From Geobacter metallireducens GS-15 (lineage in GTDB: Bacteria; Desulfobacterota; Desulfuromonadia; Geobacterales; Geobacteraceae): a stretch of DNA of 32,000 bases. Under the pieces are notes generated by a model that saw nothing but the letters and a program-made list of their open reading frames with translations, had not been told where the DNA came from and did not search any database. Positions 24,113-31,901 of this stretch are shown one piece after another. The stretch is taken from contig NC_007517.1 in assembly GCF_000012925.1 (NCBI RefSeq), positions 900,001-932,000 of the forward strand, written 5' to 3'. Position 1 is the first letter of the stretch. The number at the start of each line of letters is the position of its first letter. The translations under genes and the position numbers were made by a program.

Positions 24113-24573
24113 GACGCACCCCCTTTCGCCGGCGTGCCGGCGGCCCGGTGGATTGCCCGGCGGATGCGCTGGTAGGTGCCGCATCGGCAGAGGATTCCCT
24201 CCATGGCCTCGTCAATGGCGGCATCGTCGGGCTTGGGGTTAGTTGCCAGAAGGGCCGTGGCAGCCATAATCTGTCCCGGCTGGCACCAGCCGCATTGGGG
24301 GACATCATCGGCGATCCACGCCTGCTTCACCGGGTGAGACTCGGGAATCCCCTCGATGGTGGTTACCTCCTTGCCGGCCACGGCCGACACGGGGGTGACG
24401 CAGGAGCGGATCGCCCGCCCCTCCACGTGGACGGTACAGGCGCCGCAGAGGGACATGCCGCAGCCGAATTTGGTTCCCGTGAGGCCGATCACCTCCCGGA
24501 TCACCCAGAGAAGCGGCGTGTCGGGGGGAACGTCCACCTGGTGCCGCGTGCCGTTGACAGTCAGAGCTATCAT
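24109..24573 (-). CDS. (2Fe-2S)-binding small subunit of the molybdenum hydroxylase (IorA-like)
   Basis: Both cluster motifs are present: [12 protein letters not shown], and [11 protein letters not shown] with CRCGTY. SD GGAAGGAGGG lies 7 nt upstream of ATG 24573. Confidence 0.92.
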   Translation of the reverse strand: MIALTVNGTRHQVDVPPDTPLLWVIREVIGLTGTKFGCGMSLCGACTVHVEGRAIRSCVTPVSAVAGKEVTTIEGIPESHPVKQAWIADDVPQCGWCQPGQIMAATALLATNPKPDDAAIDEAMEGILCRCGTYQRIRRAIHRAAGTPAKGGAS

Positions 24574-24606
24574 GCGTTTTCCCTCCTTCCGTGGATGGGG
24601 GTGCGG

Positions 24607-25224
24607 CTACCGCACCGTAAAGCTGGTTTCGCGGCTATCCTTTGCCGTGGCGCTCTTGACCGTGGAGATTACCCGGTAGTTCCCCGTCTTAGCGTCTTTG
24701 GGGAGGACGATGGGGATGGTGAAGGTGTAGGTGCCGCCGCCATGGGTGACCATGGCCTCGGGATTCCCGACGAGTTCACCCCCGTGGTAGATTTCGACGG
24801 ACTCGGTCAGCCCTACCTGCTCGGTGGTGGACGGGGTGAGGAGTGCGTAGGTGGTCTGGACCTCCACCCGTTCTCCGGGGTTCACGGTTATGGGGGTGGT
24901 GGTCACGTTTTCGAGGCGCACCATGGTCCCCGACGATGGCTGGACGTTGTACTTAGCGGCGGTCTCCTCGGCAGTGAGCTTCTTGTCGATGGTGTAGTTG
25001 CCGATGACGCCGCCGATGAGCGCTCCGGCCAGACCGCCGAGAACGGCTCCCTTGGTCCGTGAACCCTCTCCGGCCAGCAGTGCACCGGCCAGGGCGCCGG
25101 CGGCGCCGCCGTAGCCTGCCCCCTTTGCCGCTCCCTCGTGTTCCTTCTGAATGGTGACGCACCCCGTGATGCCCCCCAACGTGAATGCCGCAAGCGTAAC
25201 GAGTGAAATCAGCCTGATTTTCAT
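24607..25224 (-). CDS. Lipoprotein with glycine-zipper segment and beta-rich C-terminal domain
   Basis: Signal MKIRLISLVTLAAFTLGGITGC carries a lipobox. Glycine zipper is GAGYGGAAGALAGALLAG...GAVLGGLAGALIGGVIG. SD AAGGAGGGAA precedes ATG 25224. The gene ends 33 nt upstream of the iorA-like gene on the same strand. Confidence 0.75.
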   Translation of the reverse strand: MKIRLISLVTLAAFTLGGITGCVTIQKEHEGAAKGAGYGGAAGALAGALLAGEGSRTKGAVLGGLAGALIGGVIGNYTIDKKLTAEETAAKYNVQPSSGTMVRLENVTTTPITVNPGERVEVQTTYALLTPSTTEQVGLTESVEIYHGGELVGNPEAMVTHGGGTYTFTIPIVLPKDAKTGNYRVISTVKSATAKDSRETSFTVR

Positions 25225-25290
25225 GGGTTCCCTCCTTGGCGGTGCCGTGTTCCCGTCATCGCGCGTACTTGTTTGGTGAGTAACGGAAAA

Positions 25291-25318
25291 AGTATAGCGG
25301 GGAGGGAAACGAATGCAA
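25291..25318 (-). promoter_or_regulatory. Candidate sigma70 promoter for the lipoprotein-iorAB-mocA operon
   Basis: On the minus strand: TTGCAT (25318-25313), 16-nt spacer, TATACT (25296-25291). Confidence 0.35.
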
Positions 25319-25362
25319 CGGGGGGGAGGATGAGAAGGAGTGAATGGAGGGGGGGCGTGCCG

Positions 25363-26598
25363 TCAGCTGCAGACGCGGTTGCGACCGCCACCTTTGGCCC
25401 GGTAGAGGGCCTGGTCGGCCGCCTTGATGACGTCGGCGGGGCGGCGGCGGTCGGCGCTGCTCTCGGCAACGCCGATGCTGACGGTCACTGAGACGGTGGC
25501 GTTGCCGCGTCCGGTGCCGTAGCGGAGTTTTTTCCCCTCTTTGGACGAACTGGGGCGGTCGGTGCCGCGCAGGCGCATCTGGTAGTCGGCAATGGTGCGG
25601 CGCAGCCCTTCCAGGTCGGCGAGAACCTCCTCTCGCTCCTTGCGGTGGAAGAGGATAGTGAACTCTTCACCGCCGTAGCGGTAGACCTTTCCGCCCCCGC
25701 CCACGCCCCGCAGCTTCGATGCAACCATCCGCAGCACCTGGTCCCCCACGTCGTGGCCGTAGGTGTCGTTGAACCTCTTGAAATGGTCCACGTCCACCAT
25801 GGCCACGGTGTAGCGCCGCCCGAGCCATGTGAGCTGCTCGTTGAGGGCGCGGCGGGAGGGGAGGCCGGTCAGCTCGTCCCTGAAGGCCATGTTGTAGGAG
25901 TCCTTCAAAACCCCGAGGGTGAGGATGGCGGCGGCGGCAGCCATGAAAACCGGCGTGACGAACTCTGTCCCGATGCCGTTGCAGGCCACCACAAAGGCCG
26001 CCATGACTCCCAGAAGGCTTGCGTCTATGGGAGACTGGCCCCTGGCGGCCCGACCGATTACCACGGCCGTCCCGAGGACGATTACCGGCAGTGCCGGCTG
26101 GGGAAGCTGGAGCCCAGCCAGGAGGTGGCTCTCGGTGAACCGGCAGGAGAGAAGTTGCTGGACCGCCACATGCCCCGGTTCCATGGCCCATCCCACGAAA
26201 AGGGCCTGGAGCGCCAGGAAGGCGAAACGGAGCCGGCCGGCAACGGTCATGATCCCCCGCTCGCGCATGAGGGAGAAGAGCGCGATGTTCAGGGGGACAA
26301 GAACGCAAACGGACTGGAACAGGACCGTGGCCGTGATTCCGGTCGGAGCGCCGTTCAGGTGCCCCCGGAAGCTCCAGTAAACGGCAATCAGAACGAGAAA
26401 AACGAAAAATGCCCTCCCCCGGTGAAAATGGAACGAGAGCATCATGCCCAAAGCCATGGTCAGATAGGGAATGAAGGGGAGAAGCTCCAGCCGCCCCGGC
26501 GGTAGCGTTGCCACCTGGGGGAAGAACCAGATGGTGGCTGTGAGAAACGCAGCGGGAATAAGGAAAATGGTCAGGTTTTTCATTGAAAGAGCATGCAT
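25363..26598 (-). CDS. Membrane-bound diguanylate cyclase (multi-pass N-terminal domain plus GGDEF)
   Basis: About 230 aa of hydrophobic helices are followed by a GGDEF domain (DELTGLPSRRAL, DVDHFKRFNDTYGH, RYGGEEF). The positions of the RxxD inhibitory site are occupied by GGGG. Confidence 0.9.
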   Translation of the reverse strand: MHALSMKNLTIFLIPAAFLTATIWFFPQVATLPPGRLELLPFIPYLTMALGMMLSFHFHRGRAFFVFLVLIAVYWSFRGHLNGAPTGITATVLFQSVCVLVPLNIALFSLMRERGIMTVAGRLRFAFLALQALFVGWAMEPGHVAVQQLLSCRFTESHLLAGLQLPQPALPVIVLGTAVVIGRAARGQSPIDASLLGVMAAFVVACNGIGTEFVTPVFMAAAAAILTLGVLKDSYNMAFRDELTGLPSRRALNEQLTWLGRRYTVAMVDVDHFKRFNDTYGHDVGDQVLRMVASKLRGVGGGGKVYRYGGEEFTILFHRKEREEVLADLEGLRRTIADYQMRLRGTDRPSSSKEGKKLRYGTGRGNATVSVTVSIGVAESSADRRRPADVIKAADQALYRAKGGGRNRVCS

Positions 26599-26668
26599 GC
26601 TGCAAAGGCTCCTGGTTGATGGGTCCTAAGCAAACATATCGGAGAAAAATGAGAAAACTTTAGAAGGC

Positions 26669-27349
26669 TTAATCAATATTTTCCTGAAAAGAGAGGGTCA
26701 TTGAGTCCAGCTCCAGGGCGGCCAGGCACCCCATGCCGGCCCGCTCCCGGTAGACGCAGCCGTTGTCGAGGACGATACGGTCGGTGGAAAGTCCCCTGAG
26801 AATTTCTGAGCGGCTCATGGGGGTGTGGCCGCCGATGACGCGCCGGCCACCGATCACCTCCTTGCGGACCTCCAGGGATCGGCTCCAGAGCATTGCCTCG
26901 GTGTCGGCAAAGGGGGAGGGGATGGCAAAGTTGAGACTCGCGTGGAGCAGCACGAAGTCGGGTAGAATGCGATAGTAGGGCATCTCGGCCATGAAGCGGC
27001 GGTAAGGGAGAGGGATCTCGCAAGCATCCTCCACGCCGAAACTGTCGAGGGTGGCGCGACCGCCGTTTTCGAACCACATCCGGAACATGTTGCGGTCGCC
27101 GCAGCTCTCCAGGAGCATCTCCTCGTGGTTTCCCCGCACGGGGAAGACCCGATATCCTTTCAGGGTGAGCCCCATGAGGATGTCGAGGACTTCCCTGCTG
27201 CGGGGGCCCCGGTCGATGTAGTCCCCCAGGAGATAGAGCTCGTCGCTGCGTCTCAGGTGGATGACTTCCCGGAGAAGGCGGTCCAGAGTCAGGGCGCAGC
27301 CGTGGATATCGGGGATGACAAAGCGGCGGGAGAGTTGGGTTCTTTTCAA
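26669..27349 (-). CDS. PPP-family metallophosphoesterase (Ser/Thr phosphatase / ApaH-like)
   Basis: Motifs DIHGC, GDYIDRGP and GNHE are present in the canonical order. The only in-frame start upstream of DIHG is TTG 27349, with no clear SD. Confidence 0.85.
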   Translation of the reverse strand: MKRTQLSRRFVIPDIHGCALTLDRLLREVIHLRRSDELYLLGDYIDRGPRSREVLDILMGLTLKGYRVFPVRGNHEEMLLESCGDRNMFRMWFENGGRATLDSFGVEDACEIPLPYRRFMAEMPYYRILPDFVLLHASLNFAIPSPFADTEAMLWSRSLEVRKEVIGGRRVIGGHTPMSRSEILRGLSTDRIVLDNGCVYRERAGMGCLAALELDSMTLSFQENID

Positions 27350-27433
27350 TGCGATACCATTCGGGAAGCAAAATTCATTCGAAGTAATGACCCCTTATAC
27401 CATGCGGACCCCTGTCAAGTAAACGGTCACTGA

Positions 27434-27465
27434 TTGTCAACCTTTGTGTCTGGCTTGGTTGACGA
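27434..27465. promoter_or_regulatory. BirA-type biotin operator overlapping the candidate bio promoter
   Basis: The inverted repeat is TTGTCAACC (27434-27442), 14 nt, GGTTGACGA (27457-27465), with core GTCAACC/GGTTGAC perfect. The right half contains a -35-like TTGACG (27459-27464), followed after 18 nt by TACAAA (27483-27488). Confidence 0.55.
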
Positions 27466-27498
27466 AAAGGCGGCGAATGTGCTACAAACGGAGCGCCG

Positions 27499-28689
27499 AT
27501 GAAAGGAGAACCCGTGTCGAAAAGCTTTGCCGAAGAACTGGAGATGCTGAAGGCCCAGGGGCTTCACCGGAGGATGCGCCGCATCGCCGGAAGCCAGGGG
27601 AGCAGGGCCGTTGTGGACGGGAAGGAGGCTCTCCTCCTCTGCTCCAACAACTACCTGGGGCTGGCCGACCATCCCCGCCTGGCGGAGGCGGCCATCCGGG
27701 CCGTGGAGCGCTACGGCACCTCCAGCGGCGCATCGCGTCTCGTCTCCGGCACCATGGAACTCCACGCCCTCCTCGAAGAGCGGATCGCCCGCTTCAAGGG
27801 GACCGGCGCGGCCCTGGTCTTCAACTCGGGCTATGCCGCCAACAGCGGCATCATCCCGGCCCTGGTGGGGAAGGGGGACGTGGTCTTCTCCGACCGGCTC
27901 AACCACGCGAGCATCGTGGATGGCTGCCTCCTCTCCCGGGCCACCATGGTCCGCTATCCCCATAACGACACGGCTGCCCTGCGGCGGCTTATGGAGCGGC
28001 ACGAAACCGCGGGCCGGCGGCTCCTCGTCACCGACGGGGTCTTCAGCATGGACGGTGACATGGCGCCGCTGCGGGAGCTGGCGGCCCTCAAGCGGGAATT
28101 CGGCGCCCTCCTCATGGTGGACGATGCCCACGGCACCGGCGTTCTGGGCGCGACCGGCCGGGGGAGCGCCGAGCTTCAGGGGGTGATGGCGGAGATCGAC
28201 ATCCACATGGGAACCCTCGGCAAGGCCCTCGGCAGTTTCGGCGCCTACGCCGCGGCTTCGGAGGACGTGATCGATTACCTGGCGAACAAGGCCCGCAGTT
28301 TCATCTTTTCCACGTCGCTCCCACCGGCGGTCCTGGCCGCATCCCTTGCCGCCGTCGATCTGGTCGACTCCCCCGATGGCGCGGCGCTCCGGGAGCGGCT
28401 TGCCCGCAACACCGCTTTTTTCAGAGAGGGCTTGTGCGCCGCCGGTTTCGACACCATGGGGAGCGAGACCCAGATCGTTCCCCTCTTCGTGGGGGGAGCC
28501 GAAGAGACCATGGCCTTCACGGCCCGGTTGCTGGAGGCAGGGGTCTTTGCCCAGGGGATACGCCCTCCCACGGTCCCGGCCGGGACCTGCCGGCTCCGTT
28601 GCACTCTCATGGCGACCCATGCAGAGGAGGACCTGGCTCGGGCAGTGGCGCTCATGGCGGCAATTGGCAAAGGGATGGGGGTAATCTGA
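27499..28689 (+). CDS. bioF: 8-amino-7-oxononanoate synthase
   Basis: Class-II aminotransferase fold with PLP-lysine motif GTLGKALG, plus SNNYLGL and DDAHGTG motifs. An alternative start is GTG 27514, 5 nt after AAAGGAGA. That start fits better if transcription begins near 27495. Confidence 0.92.
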   Translation: MKGEPVSKSFAEELEMLKAQGLHRRMRRIAGSQGSRAVVDGKEALLLCSNNYLGLADHPRLAEAAIRAVERYGTSSGASRLVSGTMELHALLEERIARFKGTGAALVFNSGYAANSGIIPALVGKGDVVFSDRLNHASIVDGCLLSRATMVRYPHNDTAALRRLMERHETAGRRLLVTDGVFSMDGDMAPLRELAALKREFGALLMVDDAHGTGVLGATGRGSAELQGVMAEIDIHMGTLGKALGSFGAYAAASEDVIDYLANKARSFIFSTSLPPAVLAASLAAVDLVDSPDGAALRERLARNTAFFREGLCAAGFDTMGSETQIVPLFVGGAEETMAFTARLLEAGVFAQGIRPPTVPAGTCRLRCTLMATHAEEDLARAVALMAAIGKGMGVI

Positions 28690-28692
28690 CCG

Positions 28693-29511
28693 ATGCCCTT
28701 TGTGGAAACCGCTCAGAAGGTAACGATCCACTATGAGGACGAAGGTTCGGGCTTTCCCCTTGTCTTCGTCCATGGCTGGGCCATGTCCGGGAAGGTCTGG
28801 GCCTTCCAGAAGCCCCTGGCTGACCATTTTCGCCTCATTACGTTGGACCTTCGGGGGCACGGAAAATCGTCCGCTGCTCCCGGTTACGCCTTTTCCGACT
28901 TCGCCGCCGACCTGGCAGCCCTCTTCGACCGGTTGGGACTCGAGCGCGCTGCACTTGTCGGCTGGTCCCTGGGGGCCCAGGTGGCCCTGGAGGCCGTTCC
29001 GCTCCTGGAGGACCGCGTTGCTGCCCTGGTGCTCGTGGCCGGCACCCCCAAGTTCACCACCGCAGACGGCTGGCCCCACGGCCTCCCGCCACATGAGGCA
29101 CGAGGGCTCGGCCTGCGGCTGAAGCGGGCCTATGACGCCACCCTGGGGGACTTTTTCCGGCAGATGTTCGCGGAGGGGGAGCTGTCCCACGATCAGTATC
29201 AGCGCATCGTCCGGGAGATCGTGATTCCCCGGCACCTCCCCGATCCCGGCGCGGTGCAGGCATGCCTCGTCACCCTCGCCGGCGGCGACCACCGCAATCT
29301 CCTGCCCGCTATCGCCGCGCCGACCCTCGTCATCCACGGCGACCGGGATGCCATCTGTTCCCCCAGTGCTGGCCGGTACCTGGCCGAGGGGATTCCCGGC
29401 GCCCGCTTCCTCTCCCTGGAGGGGACAGGGCATGCCCCGTTCCTCTCGCAGCCAGAGCGGTTCAACCAGGAGCTGAGCCGCTTCCTTACGGAGGTGATCG
29501 ACCGTGATTGA
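28693..29511 (+). CDS. bioH: Alpha/beta hydrolase, pimeloyl-ACP methyl ester esterase
   Basis: HGW motif (VFVHGWAM) and nucleophile elbow GWSLGA, in the position between bioF and bioC. The start lies 3 nt after the bioF stop. Confidence 0.8.
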   Translation: MPFVETAQKVTIHYEDEGSGFPLVFVHGWAMSGKVWAFQKPLADHFRLITLDLRGHGKSSAAPGYAFSDFAADLAALFDRLGLERAALVGWSLGAQVALEAVPLLEDRVAALVLVAGTPKFTTADGWPHGLPPHEARGLGLRLKRAYDATLGDFFRQMFAEGELSHDQYQRIVREIVIPRHLPDPGAVQACLVTLAGGDHRNLLPAIAAPTLVIHGDRDAICSPSAGRYLAEGIPGARFLSLEGTGHAPFLSQPERFNQELSRFLTEVIDRD

Positions 29512-30313
29512 CCGCCGCAGGGTGAGACATTCCTTCCACCGGCAGGCCCTGGAGTACGACGCCCATGCAGCTGTCCAGAAACGGGTCGTGGAACGGTTTC
29601 TCCAGATCTTGGACGACGAGGTGGGCTCTCCCCTCCGGATCCTCGACGTGGGGGCGGGCACCGGACTCCTGGCCCGTCAGCTTGCCGACTGTCACCCCGC
29701 GGCGCTTCTCTCCTGCGTCGACCTGGCCCCCGGCATGGCCGCAACGGCGCGACAACGCCTCGGCTCCCGGGCACTGGTGGCCGTGGCAGATGCGGAACAC
29801 CTCCCCTTTGCCGGCGCCTCGTTCGACTGCGTCGTCTCCACCTCCACCTTCCAGTGGCTCACCACCCTCGACGCCGCTTTTGGCGAGGTGTGGCGGGTGC
29901 TGGCCCCCGGCGGGCTCTTCGCCTTCGCCCTCTTCGGCCACGGCACCTTCCACGAGCTGAAAGACTCCTACCGGTCTGCTCTGACCGCCGTGGGGCGCGA
30001 GGATGAGGACCGGACCCAGCGCTTTTTCACCGAAGCCGAGGCCGGAGCGGCCCTGGAGCGGACCGGCTTCGGGGTGAGGCGCCTCTGCGTCGAGGATGAG
30101 GTGGAGTGGCACCCGGACGTGCCGGCTTTCCTCCGCTCCGTGAAGCGGGTCGGTGCCGGCAACGCCTCGCCGCTCCGGGGCCGGGGCCTCGCGGAGCGGC
30201 GGGTCATGGTGGAGATGATGCGGGTCTACGGGGAACGGTACGGCGGGGAGCGGGGGATTCCGGCCACCTACACGGTGATTTACGGGGTGGGAGTGAAGAG
30301 TGGGCGCAAGTAG
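29504..30313 (+). CDS. bioC: Malonyl-ACP O-methyltransferase
   Basis: GTG start overlaps the bioH stop by 8 nt (GTGATTGA). SAM motif I is ILDVGAGTGLLARQL. The N-terminus RRVRHSFHRQALEYDAHAAVQ is typical of BioC. Confidence 0.85.
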   Translation: MIDRRRVRHSFHRQALEYDAHAAVQKRVVERFLQILDDEVGSPLRILDVGAGTGLLARQLADCHPAALLSCVDLAPGMAATARQRLGSRALVAVADAEHLPFAGASFDCVVSTSTFQWLTTLDAAFGEVWRVLAPGGLFAFALFGHGTFHELKDSYRSALTAVGREDEDRTQRFFTEAEAGAALERTGFGVRRLCVEDEVEWHPDVPAFLRSVKRVGAGNASPLRGRGLAERRVMVEMMRVYGERYGGERGIPATYTVIYGVGVKSGRK

Positions 30314-30368
30314 CGAGGTAGCGAGATGGTTTTGCTGCTTGCTATCTCGCTATCTCACCATCTCGCTT
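30311..30368. repeat. Nested inverted repeat built from AGCGAG/CTCGCT units between convergent genes (possible terminator or REP-like element)
   Basis: In TAGCGAGGTAGCGAGATGG...ATCTCGCTATCTCACCATCTCGCT, AGCGAGATGG (30320-30329) is the exact reverse complement of CCATCTCGCT (30358-30367). A second arm pair is AGCGAG/ATCTCGCT. No U-tract lies on either side. Confidence 0.4.
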
Positions 30369-30370
30369 CG

Positions 30371-31558
30371 TTACACGCACTGCAGCACGAAACACTTGAG
30401 GTACTCGGTCTCCGGCACGGCCAGGAGCGCGGGGTGATCCGGGGCCTGGGAGCGGGTCTCCACGATCCGCACCTGACGCCCCGCCTGGCGGGCCGCCTGG
30501 GCCAGGAGATCCCTGAACAACTCCCGCCCCATGTGGTAGGAACAGGAGCAGGTGATCAGGTACCCTCCAGCGTCGAGGAGTTCCAACCCACGCCGATTGA
30601 TGGTGAGATATCCCTTCTCCGCCTCCTTCAACGCCTTCTTGTTCTTCACGAAGGCAGGGGGATCGAGGACCACCACGTCGAAGCGCCGCCCCTCGTGCCT
30701 CAGGCTCCGGAGCCGGTCAAAGGCGTCGCAGACCTCCACGCTCACCACTCCTTCAAGCCCGTTCAGGGCCGCGTTCTCCCGGGCAAGGGCCGCGGCCCGC
30801 TCCGAGATGTCGAGGCAGGTCACTTCCGCGGCACCAAAGGCCGCGGCATGGACTCCCCAACTCCCCGAGTAGGAGAAACAGTCCAGAACCCTCTTTCCTG
30901 CAGCCATTCCCTTCAGTACGAGATGGTTTTCCTTCTGGTCCAGAAAGTGGCCAGTCTTCTGGCCTCCGGCCAGGTCGACCCGGAAGCGCAGACCGTGCTC
31001 CTCCGCCTCCACCGTCTCCGGGATCTCTCTATACAAAATTTCCACGGTTTCCGCCAGCCCCTCCAGTGACCGCACGGCCACGTCGTTGCGGGCGATGATC
31101 CCCTTGGGGGCGAAAAGTTCCACGAGGGCCTCCACGATGGCTCCCCGGCGTGCCTCTATCCCCGCGGTCAGTATCTGGACCGAAAGCCGGTCGCCGTACT
31201 TGTCGACGACGAGACCGGGGAGAAAGTCCCCTTCGCCGTGGACGACCCGGAAGGTGGCCATGTCCGGGTAGAGGCTGCGACGCAGTTTCAACGCCTGGTT
31301 GATTCGCTCCTTGAAAAACGCCGGCGAGTCGATCTCCTCCCGCTCCCGGGAGAGGAGCCGCACCGCGATGAGGGAGTGGGGGTTGTAGTAGCCGGTGCCG
31401 AGAAACCCGCCCCCCACATCGTAGACCTCGGCGGTGGCGCCGGGGATCCGTTCCCCCTTTGCCTCCCGGATCTCGTTACTGAAGACCCAGGGGTGGCCTC
31501 CCTTGATTCGGCGGTCTTCGCCACGGTTGAGGGTCACGCGGATAGTGGTCGTTTCCAT
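30371..31558 (-). CDS. rlmI: Class I SAM-dependent 23S rRNA (cytosine-C5) methyltransferase RlmI-like (PUA plus MTase)
   Basis: N-terminal LNRGEDRRIKGGHPWVFSNEI (PUA-like), MTase motifs VLDCFSYSGSWG and VVLDPPAF. ATG 31558 is preferred (GGAGA lies 6 nt upstream). The track start at 31570 is TTG inside the upstream terminator tail. Confidence 0.88.
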   Translation of the reverse strand: METTTIRVTLNRGEDRRIKGGHPWVFSNEIREAKGERIPGATAEVYDVGGGFLGTGYYNPHSLIAVRLLSREREEIDSPAFFKERINQALKLRRSLYPDMATFRVVHGEGDFLPGLVVDKYGDRLSVQILTAGIEARRGAIVEALVELFAPKGIIARNDVAVRSLEGLAETVEILYREIPETVEAEEHGLRFRVDLAGGQKTGHFLDQKENHLVLKGMAAGKRVLDCFSYSGSWGVHAAAFGAAEVTCLDISERAAALARENAALNGLEGVVSVEVCDAFDRLRSLRHEGRRFDVVVLDPPAFVKNKKALKEAEKGYLTINRRGLELLDAGGYLITCSCSYHMGRELFRDLLAQAARQAGRQVRIVETRSQAPDHPALLAVPETEYLKCFVLQCV

Positions 31559-31568
31559 GGTCATCTCC

Positions 31569-31597
31569 AAAAAAAATCCCCTCGCCGGGAGGGGATT
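31569..31597 (-). terminator. Rho-independent terminator after the ArsR-family gene
   Basis: Minus strand reads AATCCCCTC-CCGGC-GAGGGGATT followed by TTTTTTTT. The stem is a perfect 9 bp (31575-31583 / 31589-31597). Confidence 0.8.
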
Positions 31598-31625
31598 CGT
31601 GTGGTGTCGGTATGCAGGCTGCCGT

Positions 31626-31901
31626 TCAGCCGAGAACCTCGATGAGTTTCTTGGCCAGGGGATGTACCACCGAGTAGTGGACTTCCACCCCGTCCCGCTT
31701 CCCCTCGATGATTCCCTTGTTCTTCAGAAGGGCCAGATGCTGGGAGACGGTGGCCTGGGGAAGTCCGAGGCACTCCCAGATATGCTTCACGTTGCACTCC
31801 CGCGTACAGAGCCCTGCAACGATCTTGAGCCGGATCGGGTGGCCGAGCACCTTGAAGATTTCCGCTTCCTCGGAGAAATTCCTGCTGATGTCGAAGTCCA
31901 T
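31626..31901 (-). CDS. ArsR/SmtB-family metalloregulatory transcriptional repressor
   Basis: From ATG 31901 the sequence reads MDFDISRNFSEEAEIFKVLGHPIRLKIVAGLCTRECNVKHIWECLGLPQATVSQHLALLKNKGII. It has a winged HTH with the HPxRLxI motif and a Cys pair (CTREC) at the alpha3 metal-site position. Confidence 0.88.
   Translation of the reverse strand: MDFDISRNFSEEAEIFKVLGHPIRLKIVAGLCTRECNVKHIWECLGLPQATVSQHLALLKNKGIIEGKRDGVEVHYSVVHPLAKKLIEVLG

Noticed and set aside
25320-25357. G-quadruplex on the plus strand of the G-rich tract
   Set aside because: Only two long G-runs are present, separated by about 23 nt. A four-tract G4 would need both runs to be split with 1-nt loops plus one very long central loop. 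The rut-site interpretation on the transcribed strand is simpler.
27427-29661. 744-aa ORF on the minus strand spanning the whole bioF-bioH-bioC region
   Set aside because: Its translation is low-complexity Arg/Gly/Pro/Ala-rich with no recognisable motifs. It is exactly antisense to three genes with clear family signatures and correct codon bias. It is a typical shadow ORF of a GC-rich genome, where stop codons are rare in the antisense frame.
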